DNA of 64,000 nucleotides from Squalus acanthias (lineage: Eukaryota), in contig CM059425.1 in NCBI GenBank assembly GCA_030390025.1, positions 175,586,001 to 175,650,000 of the forward strand, written 5' to 3'. Each line of letters starts with the position of its first letter. Positions within the stretch are counted from its first letter, which is position 1. This document shows, piece by piece, positions 1 to 13,509 of the stretch. The position numbers and the translations under genes were made by a program. Under the pieces are notes generated by a model that was not told the origin of the DNA, ran no database searches, and worked only from the letters and a program-made list of their open reading frames with translations.

Positions 1-3000
1 ATTAGACACATTGGCAGCATACTGGACCATTTGGTGGGGTGATCTGCACAAAATTTGTTTAACATAGTTTTCAGAGTTCAGTTTCCTCCAGATGATTGTG
101 GGTGGTGGGAGATGTGAAGTTTATGCGAGATACCCATTATCCGTGGTAGTTCGGTAAAATTTGGGCAGTAAAGTGTGACCCCTGATCACTATCAACTTGA
201 ATTGGCACCCCCCACCTGCAAATCACCTCACCCAATAAAAGGCGGGCCGCTGTCAATGTGGTGTTTGTTTTACATGGAAAAGCCTCCATCCATTTAGTAA
301 ATTTATCAACTATAACCAAACAATACTGCAAACCAGAAGGTCCTGTAGGCAAGGGCCCTATAAAATCAATTTGAAGGTGGGTCCACGGCCCATCGGGAGG
401 AGGGGGACTACGCAACAGTGCCCGATTAGTGTGGGCACTTGGATTGTGCTGTAAACAGGGCAGGCAACGATTCACCCTATGAGAGACATCCATTACACAA
501 TTGGGATACCATGCAAATTTGAGTAGCTTCTGAACTGTTACAGCAGCTGAATAGTGCCCTCCTACCGGGTGTGAGTGCAGAGATCAAAAATTTCGGTTGC
601 CATGGATGGGGGAACACAGACAACTTTGAGATCAGATGATAGCCACTGCAAGCAGGGTTGTACATTAACAGGGGGGCAGCTTCCCCAGTCTGATCCGGAG
701 CCAACTGGGAGTCCACAGCCCATGGAGTGGGCTGAGGTAACGGACATCCATTCTGATGCCATGCAATAACATCGCATTGGGGGAATAACTGGCCTGGAGG
801 GAGGGGAGGTCGATGTCCCCACCTTGGATACTCGAGACTGATCTTAAGGGAGGGGTAGGGACTTGCCAGAGGTCACCGTTAACAGCGGTGTCCTTGGCAG
901 CACGATCTGCCTGTGAGTTACCCTGGGTATGTACATCTGAAGAACGTGAATGGGACTTTACCTTACCAACATAGACAGGGGCTGATTGTGAATTTAAAGA
1001 ATTCCAAAGGGAAGCAAAGAGGTCTGTATGGAGCAGGGTCTTACCATCAACAGTACAAAACTTATTCTGAGCATACAGCGGTAAAGATAGCAAAGTGTTA
1101 ATCGCATAGACACTATCTGACCAGACATTAACAGGTATATCATGAGTAATTTGGATCGCTGTCACAAGGGCTGCAACTTCAGCATATTGGGCAGAGGGGG
1201 GAATGAATTTATACGTGAGTTTTTGGTCAGGCAGAACTACTGCAAATCCAGTAAGGGGCTTTCCATCCCTGTGATAGGATGATCCATCAATATAGACATC
1301 CTGGGCATCACTTAGCGGAGTAGGAGAGACGGGGTGATGGTCAAACTTCAGTGGTGGAAGGGGGCACTCATGGCTTCCCCCCTTATACAGTAGGAGCTGG
1401 GGTAGTAGAGTTGTCTGCTTTGACATTATTTCCAAATCTCTCTGAGTTAACAGAAGAGTCCAATGACTGAGTCGAGTGGAGGAGACCAAAGAGTCCCCTG
1501 TTTAAGTAAAAGATTCAAAGGAGTGTGGGGGCTGTGGATTATCATTTTGTGCAATCCGGTAATAAGCGTGAAGTGTTTGACTGCCCAAAAAATGGCCAGC
1601 AGATGTCTCTCACACACACTGTGATTCTTCTCCACGTTGGTCAAAATGCGAGAGGCATACGCAATTGGCATAAGTTTATCATGTACCTCTTGGCACAGAA
1701 CGGCAGCAAGACTCTGATCAGTGGATCCCACCTCCAGGTGGAAAGGCTTGTCTCGGTCAGGACTTGTCACGCATGTGGCTTGCATAACGGCAGTCTTAAA
1801 CAGGGACACAGCTGTGGTATATTCGGTTGTCCAGTCACGGGCCACAGAGTCCTCTTCACCCTTTAATAGTTCATATAAGGGTTTGGCCAGCTCCACAAAT
1901 CCGGGAATAAATGAGCGTCGACATACTGCAGCAAACAGTCAGATCTCGAGAAAGGTTTAAGTGCCTGAGCCATCCATTTGTGGTATATAGTCGGGGCGTT
2001 GTGAAAGCCTTGAAGCAAACATGTCCATGTATAACTTTGATCTTCAAAAGTGAAGGCAAACTTATACTGATCCTCCGCCCGAACAGGAATCCTCCAGAAC
2101 CCATTTGAAATGTCAAAGGTGGAGAACATAAGAACATAAGAAATAAGAGCAGGAGTAGGCCATTTGGCCCTTCGAGTCTGCTCCTCCATTTAATAAGATC
2201 ATGGCTGATCTTCTACCTCACCTCCACTTTCCTGCACTATCTCTATATCCCTTGATTCCCTTCATATTCAAAAATCTATCGATCTCTGTCTTGAATATAC
2301 TCAATGACTGAGCCTCCACAGCCCTCTGGTGTAAAGAATTCCAAAGATTCACCAGCCCTCTGAGTGAAGAAATTTCTCCTCATCTCAGTCCTAAATGGCC
2401 GACCCCTTATTCAGAGACTGTGACCCCTGGTTCTAGACACCCCAGCCAGGGGAAACAGCCTCCCTGCATCTACCCTGTCGAGCCCTGTAAGAATTTTGTA
2501 TGTTTCAATGAGATCACCTCTCATTCTTCTAAACTCTAGAGAATATAGGCCTAGTCTACTCAATCTGTTTTCATAGGACAATCCCCCCATCCCAGGAACC
2601 AGTCTGGTGAACCTTCGTTGCACTCCCTCTATGGCAAGTATATCCTTCCTTAGGTAAGGAGACCAAAACTGTACACAGAAGTAGCAGCTACTTGGTGGAA
2701 TTTGGGACAGGAGAGTGGGGGTCTCCCGAACAACAGGAGCGCAAGCTGGGGTTACCGAATTAAGCTTGCGATAATCAATTGTTAGACGCCAGCTATCGTC
2801 TGGTTTCTTAACTGGCCAGGTTGGAGAATTCGTGGTAAAAGTGCCAGTGCGGATAACACCCTGCTTTAACAATGAATCGATAGTAGACCGAACATAAGGT
2901 TTACTCTCAGCCGGAATGGAATACTGCTTAACAGGAGGTTGGGAGGGCCTCCTCATCTCCTGACATCTTACCACAATCATGTTTGGACTTAGCAAAAAAC

Positions 3001-3507
3001 CTCTGAAAATGTATGAATTAGTGTATTGACCACGGGGTCTTCAGTCCCGGGAAGGACGAAGTCCTCGGGTTTTTTAATCGCATATACCGAATGGGCATCA
3101 GAAATAGGTGTCGGTGGTCCCTCATTAAAGTGCCACCAAAGACAATCATTAGCGTAGTCGAGGACAGCACAGTGTTTATGCAGCGAGTCACTTCCAAGGA
3201 TACCTTTCTGGTCATGGGTGGCCACATATACAGGAGAGGGGACACCGACGGAATTCCCATCGACGGACAAGGCTATGGAGCTCAATCCCAGATTAGCTAA
3301 CTGAGTAGAAGCATTAAAGCCGGAAAGGTTTCGGGCAGTGCCAGAATGGGAAAAGGGGGCAGGGTCATGTAAAATAGTCACGGCAGAACCGGAATCCACA
3401 AGCATAACATGGCGGCGGCCTCCATGATCAGTGGCCCGGACAAAGGGTCGTCCGTCCTCCCCGTACCAGACAGGAGAAGACGTGGTCACCGTGAAGGCCT
3501 CTGACCG
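1..3507 (-). pseudogene. pol: pol polyprotein (PR-RT-degenerate RNase H tether-RNase H-integrase), disrupted
   Basis: PR VMLVDSGSAVTIL (2989-3489); RT NSPTWPVKKPDDSWRLTIDYRKLN, FDISNGFW, QGFHNAP, LLQYVD (truncated); tether PIAYASRILTNVEKNHSVCERHLLAI; RNase H VYIDGSS..SAQYAE..SDSVY..GNSQAD; IN CxxC, WTHLQIDFIGP, VDSDQGSHF. Confidence 0.93.
2127..2676 (-). mobile_element. 5'-truncated CR1 LINE inserted in the RT of element A
   Basis: CVQFWSPYLRKDI..RRMRGDLIETYKI and TTCTTATG-type tail; removing it restores SSCYF-STFDISNG; AGAA at both junctions. Confidence 0.92.
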
Positions 3508-5233
3508 TCACTGGGGCTGTGAGTCTGGGAGCGCATCTCCACTACGAGAAGCGGCCGAAACGTTTTGCCCTCCTGCCTGACTGTGCTTCATGGCCTTAAC
3601 TACCGCCGAAAGGTGTTCTAGCTGCTGCTGCACAGAGTTCAAATCAGACCCGTTACCTTCACGGATTGGGGGTTGGTAGCGTGGGCCATTATTCGGACGT
3701 CGACTATCGCAGCAGTCACGAGCATAGTGTCCGGGCTTATAACAGTTATAACAGATTACGTGGCGTTTGTCTCCCGACTGGGGAGGGGTTTGTGGAGTCA
3801 GAGGACCCTCCACCGCCAACACTTTGGACTCAGTAGGGGCGAGGCATGATTTAACTCTGTCCCAAGCTCAAATGCAAGAGTCCTTCAGATCAGCCCATGG
3901 GGTTCCCTGATGAACAGTAATACCAAGAGCGTCCCTTACAGTGGGTAAGAGAGCGTTGATGAGTGTCAGCTTAAATCCCTCAGTATCCCCAAACTCTTGA
4001 CCATTACGTTTTCCTGGGACTGGTCGTACAAATCATGCAATCAATTTGCAAAGGCCACGGGGTGTTCGTTAGCCTCTTGCCAGGCGTCCCCAGCTGCGTG
4101 GGTGAAATTAACTGAGTCCATGCCCAAATGGGAACAAACTGAATCCATGACATCCCACCAACCCTTGTTTTTATCCTAGATTTCCCGTGAGAGTGATAAC
4201 TTGAGTTCCTGTGAGATGCATGCCAACAGAACTTGTTTTAAGTCTGTCCACTCTAATTTGGGGTGGCAGCGACGGAACGTACCACAATCACTTGTTAGGA
4301 CGACTGGGTTCGTCCCCCAGCTTATTGGCCCCAATTCTTCGGCTAGTGCTTTGCACATCGCCGAGGTCAAACTTCTACTGGTGGTAGTAGTAGTTACTTT
4401 CACATTTGGGGGCAGGTTGTAGGCTACAGAGGAGGTATCATTATCGAATTCATCATCCGAGGGTGTAGGGTCACCAGATTGGGTGGTAGTAGTGACTATA
4501 TTAACCTGCTTGGTTTGTACCGAGGCAGTTTGTCCTGAATAGTGAGGGGGAGGTGCAGAGGGTCAGGGACTATTTTGGAAGATGGGGTTAGTATTGCACT
4601 GGGCTTTTCTTGTTAGATCGTCCCAGTTAATACCGGGATCCCCTGGTTTAAGGCGACTGACGGCCGCAACAGCAGCTGTTTTGTCTCCCCAGTTTTCCCT
4701 TCAATTCCATAATTTTTAATTCGCAGTGAGTATGGTCGATGCTCACCAGAGGGTTTTTTTTTGAGTAATTCTCTCAAGGCTCCCCTGGTGTCCTCCAGTT
4801 GTGAGATCAGGGATTCATTTTTGATTTTTAAAGACTTGTTATCCTCATACACCTGATAATGGCGTCTTGAGGCAAGTCGTGCTTCATCTGCCAAGGATTG
4901 CTCTTGACGGAGAAGGGAACAGTCTGTGACGTGTTGGCCTTGCCAGTCCTGTAAGTCTCTTTCAGGTTGTGCATTTTTCTCTTTCAGGAGTACAACTCCG
5001 CCTCCCAAGCGAATGGCACACAAGTGGGCTGCGTAAGCCAGCCTATTTCTGACTTCCTTAACTTTACATTTCTTCACACCCACCTGGGACGCTATCTTGC
5101 CCCAAATCTCAGAGTAACTCTTCTCGCTCGTCTCATCACCCTGTACTCTTCCGATTACCGCTTGGGCCCCCGGGGCCCCTAACTTATCCTAGAGACTGTT
5201 CGCAACTTTGTCTCTAAAATACGCATCCGCCAT
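3508..5233 (-). pseudogene. gag: gag of element A (coiled-coil N-term, capsid-like middle, zinc knuckle), disrupted
   Basis: CYNCYKPGHYARDC knuckle in 3508-3822; fragments 4176-4403 and 4613-5083; lies between PBS and pol. Confidence 0.85.
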
Positions 5234-5326
5234 TTCATTTTTGTTTTACAACCCGATAACAATGCCTAGTACCTTTATAGACCAAACGCGTCCAAAACTC
5301 GTTTCGACCACAACAGCCCTTTTGCA

Positions 5327-5344
5327 CGTCTGCCTGACTCGCCA
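5327..5344 (-). promoter_or_regulatory. Primer binding site of element A, tRNA-Arg(ACG)-like (imperfect)
   Basis: TGGCGAGTCAGGCAGACG begins 3 nt after the LTR end ..TTTACA; partial match to recalled tRNA-Arg(ACG) complement TGGCGAGCCAGCCAGGAG. Confidence 0.65.
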
Positions 5345-5347
5345 ATT

Positions 5348-6616
5348 TGTAAAGATGAACTTATCTCTCTAGTCTTTCAAATAATCAGGATCGAGTGCAA
5401 ACCAGTATGGTGGGTATATTGTGTTTAATCGGAGTTTAGGATGGAATATAACACACTAGTTATACAGCAAAAACATATGACCGTGACAAGCAGCTCGTAC
5501 TGAACCCGATCGGACAGATGGCTGGCGTGCACGAACAACTCTTCTTATTCGTTCTCCTTCTTGTCTCACGTGTCTCTCTCTCTCTTTTTCTGAACTACCC
5601 AAGAGTGTTAGACTAGGGTCAGCATGGGTCCACCCTTGGAAGAGTATTAGACCACTCTTGGGAGCCCTCCGCTCCACGGTCTCTGCTAAGGGTTCTTTAG
5701 GTCTTCCTTTTATTCTCTTTTTAGGGGTGGGCCTGAGGTAGGATATGGACAGGACCATTTAACCTATAGAGGTTCCCCTTAAAACAAGGTGCCTAATGGC
5801 ATGTTGAGTTCTTTGTCTAAACTTACAGATGAAGACCCTCCTGCACAACCATTACACATGCTTTTTTGTTTATACGTTTTGAAGGCCAATCCATCTGGAT
5901 CCCTCTTATCTTGTCCGGCCCTTTCCCTCCAAAGCTATAGTCTCTTATCTCATCTTGTCTTGTCCTCCCTGGTCTGGAGTCAGTAGCCCATACACACCAA
6001 GCTTGGCCTTCAGACGCCTTCAGTCAGAGGCCTCATTGTTCGTAACTGCTTATTATCAGTTGTTTATGTTCAAAGCTGTCCATGCAGGCAGCCAGCTGTA
6101 CAACCTAACTATTTCAATTCATTATCAGACTGTTGTACCATGAAATGAATAATTAAATTCTATTCTATTCTTACACACTGGTTACCTTACGCACCTTAGC
6201 AAGCAATTCTATTAACCGAACTCCAATTCCTACCTTAGCATTATAATATGGTTATTAGTAATAATGGAAGAAGCATAGGTTGGGCCTTCATTGGCCAAAT
6301 TAAAGATGCATTAACAAAGTCAAAAGCTTAACTTACAAACAGCAGACAGCTAGCCTGGCAGGGCAAGGCCATGCTGTGGTCCCCTGTTTGGGATGTTATA
6401 CATCATCTAATCTAACTAGCTAAAAACACTTGTCTCAAATTCTAATACAAGCTTCTCCAGGAACCCGAAACTTATGCAGTCCCAGTAAAACATAACTTAT
6501 ACATTAACCCCTTACTTGTCTTGAGCACTAATACAATCATTTAAACACTGTATTATTCGTGTCACAGTTTCATTCACATAACCATATACATTTTTAGGCA
6601 CCCCTAATTTCTAACA
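5348..6616 (-). repeat. 5' LTR of element A (~1.27 kb)
   Basis: Minus strand starts TGTTAG at the junction with a CR1 fragment and ends TTTACA just before the PBS; partner LTR is outside the window. Confidence 0.7.
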
Positions 6617-6934
6617 GTGTGAAATGATGCACTTTGGGAAGAACAACATGGGGAGGCAGTATAATCTAAATGGTACTATTTTGAGGGGGTGCAAGAGCAG
6701 AGGGACCTGGGGGTGCATATTCACAAATCTTTGAAAGTGCCACGGCAAGTTGATAAGGTGGTTAAGATAGTGTAGGGATACTTGGCTTTGTAAATAGGGG
6801 CATTGAATACAAAAACAAAGAAGTAACCTTTATAAAACACTAGTTAGGCCTCAGCTGGAGTATTGTGTACAATTCTGGGCACCACAATTTAGAAAGAATG
6901 TCAAGGCTTTGGAGAGGATACAGAGGAGGTTTAC
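6617..6934 (+). mobile_element. CR1 LINE RT fragment (target of element A)
   Basis: [32 protein letters not shown] sequence, like other CR1 copies in the window. Confidence 0.8.
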
Positions 6935-7215
6935 CATCCACCACCTTAAACATTCACTGACTCCACCGTAGCTGCAGTGTGTACCATCTACAAGATGTAT
7001 TGCAGCAACTCGCCAAGGTTTCTTCGGCAGCACCTCCCAAACCCACAACCTCTACCACCGAGAAGGACAAGGGCAACAGGTGCATGGGAACCCCTCCAGC
7101 TCCAAGTTCCCCTCCAAGCCACACACCATCCTGACTTAGACATATATTGACGCACCTTCATCGTTGCTGGGTCAAAATCCTGGAACTCCTAACTTAACAG
7201 CACTGTGGGGGTACA
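6935..7215 (+). mobile_element. 3' fragment of second CR1-type LINE family (family B)
   Basis: Near-identical to 57690-57980. Confidence 0.8.
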
Positions 7216-8099
7216 TAACTGAAACTCTACTCTGTTAAGAAGTAGATTCCAGGTATTTATGGGGCAATAAAAGTAAGTTATTACCAGCATGTTAAGTGCA
7301 ACATTGAGTTGTCTCTTTCCACATTAGAAAATCAGAGTGAGGATACAGGTTACTGCTGACCTGGCTGTAATGTATATAAAATAGTAACAGTAAACCATTG
7401 CTTTCCCTTTGAATACATTTAGAAAATAGCACACCAGAAAATGGGGTGGTAATCAAACTGCCCATTTGAAAATTCAACCCATTTATATTGAGCTCATCTA
7501 ATGTAATTCACTGCGTGTGCATCCTATGTCAATGGGGCCAAGAATTCTTCTATCTGAATATTTGAAAATCCCAAGTGAAGGTTTCTTTCAGAGTAAACTG
7601 TTGTAATTTATTTTTAGTACTTTTCATATTAATCATTTTACAGCATATCACTTTTAACTAATATGTGACAGTAATATTCTATCAAATCACATACAATCAT
7701 GCCTTTGTTATGTTCTTTCACTAATACACCAGGGTGCAGGAGACTACAAGTGACTGCAAACAGACATTTTCACAATCACAACACTTCCCACTGTCGGTTT
7801 CCAGATTGTTCATAGCTAGACCACAATCAGATCAGATTATATTCTTTCAAGTGTACAGTATTATGAACAGTTGTGTCATTAGATCATGTTTTGACTTTTG
7901 GCTCAATCTTCATTCTATATTAATCTTGCTTAATAGTGTTAAAGCTTTCTGGGTGGTTTAAAAGGAGGGTATTAGTCAGCGATATTTTAGTTTTTGGAGT
8001 TTTTAAGTTTTTAGAATTTCTGAGATTTGACCGCTATGAGCAAAGTTTATTTAAAGATGTTAAGCTCTTCGATAGTAAAAGATTATGTGGCCCCTCTAA

Positions 8100-8383
8100 T
8101 AGAAACATAGAAACATAGAATCTAGGAGCAGGAGTAGGCCATTCGGCCTGTCGAGCCTGCTCCACCATTCAATACGATCATGGCTGATCATCCAAATCCA
8201 GTACCCTGTCCCTGCTTTAATCCCCACAGTACACATATCCCACCCTACCCCCGTAACCCCACGTATTTAATTCCCCCTAACATATCCCATCCTATCCCCA
8301 TAACCCCACATATTTAATCCCCCCCTAACACTAAGGGTCAATTTATCATAGCCAAATCAACCTAACCCGCACATTTTTGGACT
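8100..8383 (-). mobile_element. CR1-tailed SINE fragment (HE1/V-SINE-like)
   Basis: AGAAACAT repeat plus aggagcaggagtaggccattcggcc CR1 3' tail, followed by non-CR1 sequence; family name from recall. Confidence 0.5.
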
Positions 8384-11041
8384 AATCTTCCTAACTATCA
8401 TTGGGCACTGGGGATTATATTTTTATGTGTTCATAAAGTTTATATAAACAGATAATGCTAGAAATTTATCACTATAGTTTCTGTTTTGGTTTGGTTTTAT
8501 GCTTGAAGTAGTTAAATTAAGTTTAAAATCTATTGTGAGCATATGAAGATAGCTAAAAACTGCTGTGGAGTAGAATAAATGACATTTGGTAGACTGCGTC
8601 AGACCTAAACAGAAGAAATGGAAGAAACTATTAATAAAAAAATGAAAACTGTCTGCACTTCCAAAGGTATTTATATCTGTATTGTATAAAGATGGATAAC
8701 TTTCCAAAATTCTAATCAGTCTGTCAAAATGTCTACTTAAACAATTCTAGGCAAATATTTCTCTAGTATGTCTAGAATGTTCACATTTCACACCCATTAG
8801 TATAATTTACACATTACAGTCAGGGTTTTCCTCGTCTGCATTTGACGGCCTTAAATTTTCTGTCCATTTATTTTAATGGTGGAAAGTAGTGGGCTAGCGA
8901 GTGGAGACCTGTACGTCTAGCCTCTCGATGGGTAATTTATGTCCAAATGGTTTATGCTTCCAAAATTGGCCGCTGGTCCTTTTGTTGTTATGCAGGAACA
9001 TCCCATCACAGTGCATATAACTGACGATTAGCCAGTGATAGTGAAGCAGAGAGGCCTGTGGACAAGCTGGAATAGGAAGATTGGAGTGTGTGGCTTAGAA
9101 TGCATGTGTGGAGAAGATTTCCCAAATAGTTTGTGGTGAGGCTGTAAAGAGACTTGAAAATAGATCAAGGATATTGAAGTAAACTAGCTAAGGCAAAGAT
9201 AGTCAGTATATCTCAGCAAGGATACTAGTGCTGGGTGTGTGGGATTTTGGGGGAGAAGACTCATTCGTAAGAGTTCTGGATTAGTCCAAATGTGTGGCTG
9301 GTGAGTAATTCATTTGAGAAATCGGTTCTCACGGTAATGGAAATGTGGCTTAGGGTTTCAGCAGTGGAGGACTGAGGTAGGGAGATAAGTGTATAATATT
9401 CCAGAGGTGGAAAAAAGCAATCTTAATAATGAACCAGATGTAGAGAGCTTTGATAACTTGCATAAATCTCTCCTTTGTGTCACAATAAGCCCCAAGGTAC
9501 TGAGCACTGCCATCTTCCATCATGCAGTTCAGAAAATTATAGTCCTAAAGCTAACTTTTGATCATTAGTGATGCACTACATTTGATTTACACTGGCACTA
9601 TTACTAAAGAGGGTAACAAGGAGCACAGGAGGTAAACTTACGTCCCAACTTTTCTATGGATCAATGTTGCAAATGCTTCACCACTGTAATAGATTACTTA
9701 ATGTTACAGCTGTCTTAGGTACATTTTGACAAGCCAACATTGGTATTTGGAGAGAATAGTATAACACTTTTGATCTAATGTTACTGAAGTGGGGCCTCAG
9801 TAATTAGGTATCTTTGTTTTTTTTTATGTCATGGGTAGCTTAGCCACAGGGTACAGCTGGAGGCAGCTGTAACAAGGCAAGTATCATACCAGCACTAAGT
9901 AAAAATGAACAGTAAGTTTTATTATGCATTCTAAGAAATTGTTTGACATAACTAAATCATATTAGGTAATTATTAGCCATCATATGCCTCTCAGGAGTGT
10001 GTAAAACTGCAGAGTTGTTAGTATATAACTATTTTTCATTTACTGAATATGCATAACTCTTTTTAACCCGTGTATTTCAACTGTTATAAATGTAAATGTT
10101 ATCTTTTGAATCCTTTCTCCTGTTTTTATAGTCTCTCATCCGAAACTTGAAGCCTCTAGTTATGTGCATGGATCAGTGAAGCCGGGGCCTGGATTTCACC
10201 ACTGGCTCTCACTTTGCTGTTTGCAGCTGAGACCAGTGGTAACGTGACGGGCAGGTCACTGCACAGCTCCTGGATCATGAGCAAACTTGGGGGAGCCCTT
10301 TAATCCGTAAGTCGGGCGGAAAGGGCTTCTACCCAACTTTCCTCATCATAAAAGCTGGTAACATCATTCCAGTATCACTAAAACGTTGGAATCGCTAAGG
10401 AAATTCACCCCATGAGACGCTGAGGCCTATGGAGTGCTTTCTATTGACCCATACTGTCCTTATCCCCGACCAATCGAGTGTAAAACACAAGTATTGCTAG
10501 ACAAAGCTATTTTCTAATTTGTAATATCTTAAGGAAATGCTGTTCTTAAATTGAATTCCCTATTCTGGTATATTTCTTGTTGGGTATGTGTCCATTCAAT
10601 TCTGTTACAGTATTGGCATTCTCAGATCATGAGGCCATTTGTACCGTCGCATTTTCAAATGAAATCGTGATTTTATTTTTGTTAGCTCCTTCCTACCTTC
10701 AGAGGACATGAATTTCCTTCAGCATGATCACTGTCAATATCAACCTCAGATTAGCTAACAAGACCAGATCATAATAACTGGTTATTCCTACGACTGGAGC
10801 CTAGAAAATCTATAAAGCAGCCAGCAGAGCAGCGAGGTGCAACCTCCACCTGCTGCACAGGTTCCACCATGACAGCGTCATAACCAAATTAGAGGTCGGT
10901 ACTCATGTTAGGCGCAGCACTACAGGGGCACCTGCCCAATGCAAGTGCCAGAACCTCGGAGTGGCACCTTGCTGTTCCAAGGGGTGGGGGGGGCGGGAAC
11001 CATAGATGGTCTGGCCAAAGATGTAGGAATTCCTACCTTCA

Positions 11042-11490
11042 GTGTCAGCCTTGACTCACTGGTAGCATTGTCACCTCAGATTGAGTAGGTCATGGGTTTA
11101 AGATCCACTCCAGGACTTGAGCACATGCTGTGGGCTGACACTTCAGTGTAGCACTGAGGGAGGCGATGCCTTTTGAATGATATATTAAACTGAAGGCCTT
11201 GCCCACCTGTTCAAGTGGATGTAAAAGATCCATGGCATTATTTGAAGAGGAGGGGACTTCTCCCGGTGTCCTGGCTAAGATTTATCCTTCAAGCAACACC
11301 ACCAATTAACAGATTAACTGGTCATTTATCTCATTATTGTTTATGGGACCTTGATGTGTGCAAATTGGCTGCTACATTTACATGCATAACAACAGTAACT
11401 GCATTTCACAAGTAATTCATTGGCTGTGAAGTGCTTTTGGACATCCTGAGGATGCTGGGGATGTGAAAGGCACCATATAAATGCAAGTTC
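11042..11490 (+). mobile_element. tRNA-derived DeuSINE-like element (degenerate)
   Basis: Homologous to 23645-24100; core gtggatgtaaaagatccatggc; L2-like tail. Confidence 0.8.
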
Positions 11491-12399
11491 TCATTTTGTT
11501 GATCTTTTACCCTCCTAGGATGGTAGGCCCCAATCAATTGACAACCGATCTGTCTGTGATTTGTTGTCATTTGAAATCATCTCAGTGGGGCCCACTTGCA
11601 GCCCATAACAGTGCCTGCACCTGCTTTCTGCAAGCTTAGGTACCACCGGGTCTTATGGTGGGATTTCGAGGGGAGCCCAGGTATGCCCCAGTCACAGCCC
11701 CCAATCTGAAGTCTGGCCGGAAGAAGTGCCCACCCGCCCCATATGATTTTTCTGTGGCTGCCTCAAAGGGGCTGAAAACCAGTGGAGAAGAATCTGTCCC
11801 AACTTTTCTTCCCTCCACTGGTACTACTTGATTTCCACTCCAAGAACGAGCAAAGTTCTAGGTTTATTTGTTCTGCTCATTGATTGTATAATTGACACAT
11901 TTCACTTCTAATGAAACTATGTGTCATTGATTGGGAAGATGTGAGCTGGAGCGATATACAGCTAGGTACTCGCTTTCAAATATAGCATGTCAGCTGGATT
12001 CGCTGTCAGTAGCTGAGTTTGAGCGGTAGACAGCTCACTTTTATTGTCATCCAGTGAGCTTGAGTATCAAACTGTCTGAGGGCTTAATCTCAGTAATGAC
12101 AGATAGCCTACCAATAGAAGCAGTTAGGGCAACAGATAGCAGTTGAGGCCAAATAACAGAAACAACTTGAGACTATTGAATTGTAGCAGATAAGTTTGAG
12201 CATTAATGAATGATAACTCACTGTCAATGGCAGGTAAGCTCAAATGACAAACAGCCCAGGGACTCACTCTCAATGGTAGCAGGTAAACTTGTCACAAATA
12301 GAAAGTGAATTTGAGTGACTGGGAGCTTGGAGATTCCATCCCCAGTGTACTCGAATCACAGATAGAAGATAAATTTGAGTGATAGTGTAATCAGCCGTG

Positions 12400-12995
12400 A
12401 ATTCAAATCTGTAGCAAAATTGAAGCCCATGAGATTAAAGGGACAGTGGCAGCATGGATACAAAATTGTCTAAGAGACAGAAAGCAGAGTGTAGTAGTGA
12501 ATGGTTGTTTTTCAGAGAAGACGGAAGTATACAGTGGTGTCCCCTAGGGGTCGGTATTAGGACCGCTGCTCTTTTTGATATATATTAATGACCTGGACTT
12601 GGGTATAGGGGGCATAATTTCAAAGTTGACACAAAACTTGGAAATGTGGTAAACAGTGAGGAGGAAAGTAGCAGACTTCAGGAGGACGTAGACAGACTGG
12701 TGAAATGGCCAGACACATGGCAAATGAAATTTAATATAGAGAAGTATGAAGTGATGCATTTTGGAAGAATGAATGAGTAGAGACAATATAAAATAAATGG
12801 TACAATTTTAAAAGGAGTGCAGGAACAGAGAGACCTGGGGGTTTTCATACACAAATCTTTGAAAGTGGCAGGATAAGTTGAGAAGGCTGTTAAAAAGCAG
12901 ATGGGATCCTTGGCTTTATAAATAGAGGCATAGACTACAAAAGCAAGGAAGTAATGATAAACCTTTATAAATGACTGGTTAGGCCTCAACTGAGG
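12400..12995 (+). mobile_element. CR1 LINE RT fragment
   Basis: SGVP*GSVLGPLLFLIYINDLD-type sequence, degenerate. Confidence 0.85.
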
Positions 12996-13509
12996 CCTGG
13001 TGCAGGAAAATTGGATGGAGGTCATTTCTAATCTTTTGCATAATTAAAACACATCCTTGAGTTCCCACCTGCTTTTTGAGCCTTCCCACAATAGGCCCGC
13101 TGAGTCCCCGCTGACCTCATTTACATATGTCCGAGTGGGAGCCATGGATTCACACTGCCAGTGCACTATGGGTAGGTTAGACTGAAGTTTATGAAGTGCT
13201 ACAGCAGACAGGATCACCTGATCATGGTACAAGAGAGGAGTTTTTGAGCCTAAAGATTCTGGAGAGTTGAAAACACTGTTCTATAGCTGGCTGGGAAATG
13301 TTTTTAAAAGCATTTCTGTGGGGATTTCTCATGACAAATATCTGGAGTTGTTTCTGGCAGGGTCAGACCCCCTCCTCACCCACAAGCAGGGTTTCTCAGG
13401 GGCAGTACGGCACTTCCTATGGCCATAACATTGTATGCTATTATCATAGAGGAGGAGGAGTAGCACAGAATGGACCAAAGGAGAGTCTGCACTTTTTCAT
13501 AAAATCTTA

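Larger units (their letters stand above)
1..6616 (-). mobile_element. Element A: decayed retrovirus-like LTR provirus (lokiretrovirus-like), 3' part outside window
   Basis: Minus-strand order LTR-PBS-gag(CCHC)-PR-RT-tether-RNaseH-IN; frameshifts, an RT deletion and a CR1 insertion. Confidence 0.92.

Noticed and set aside
2411..2995. Novel RT fusion gene
   Set aside because: Accidental in-frame junction of a CR1 fragment within a dead pol
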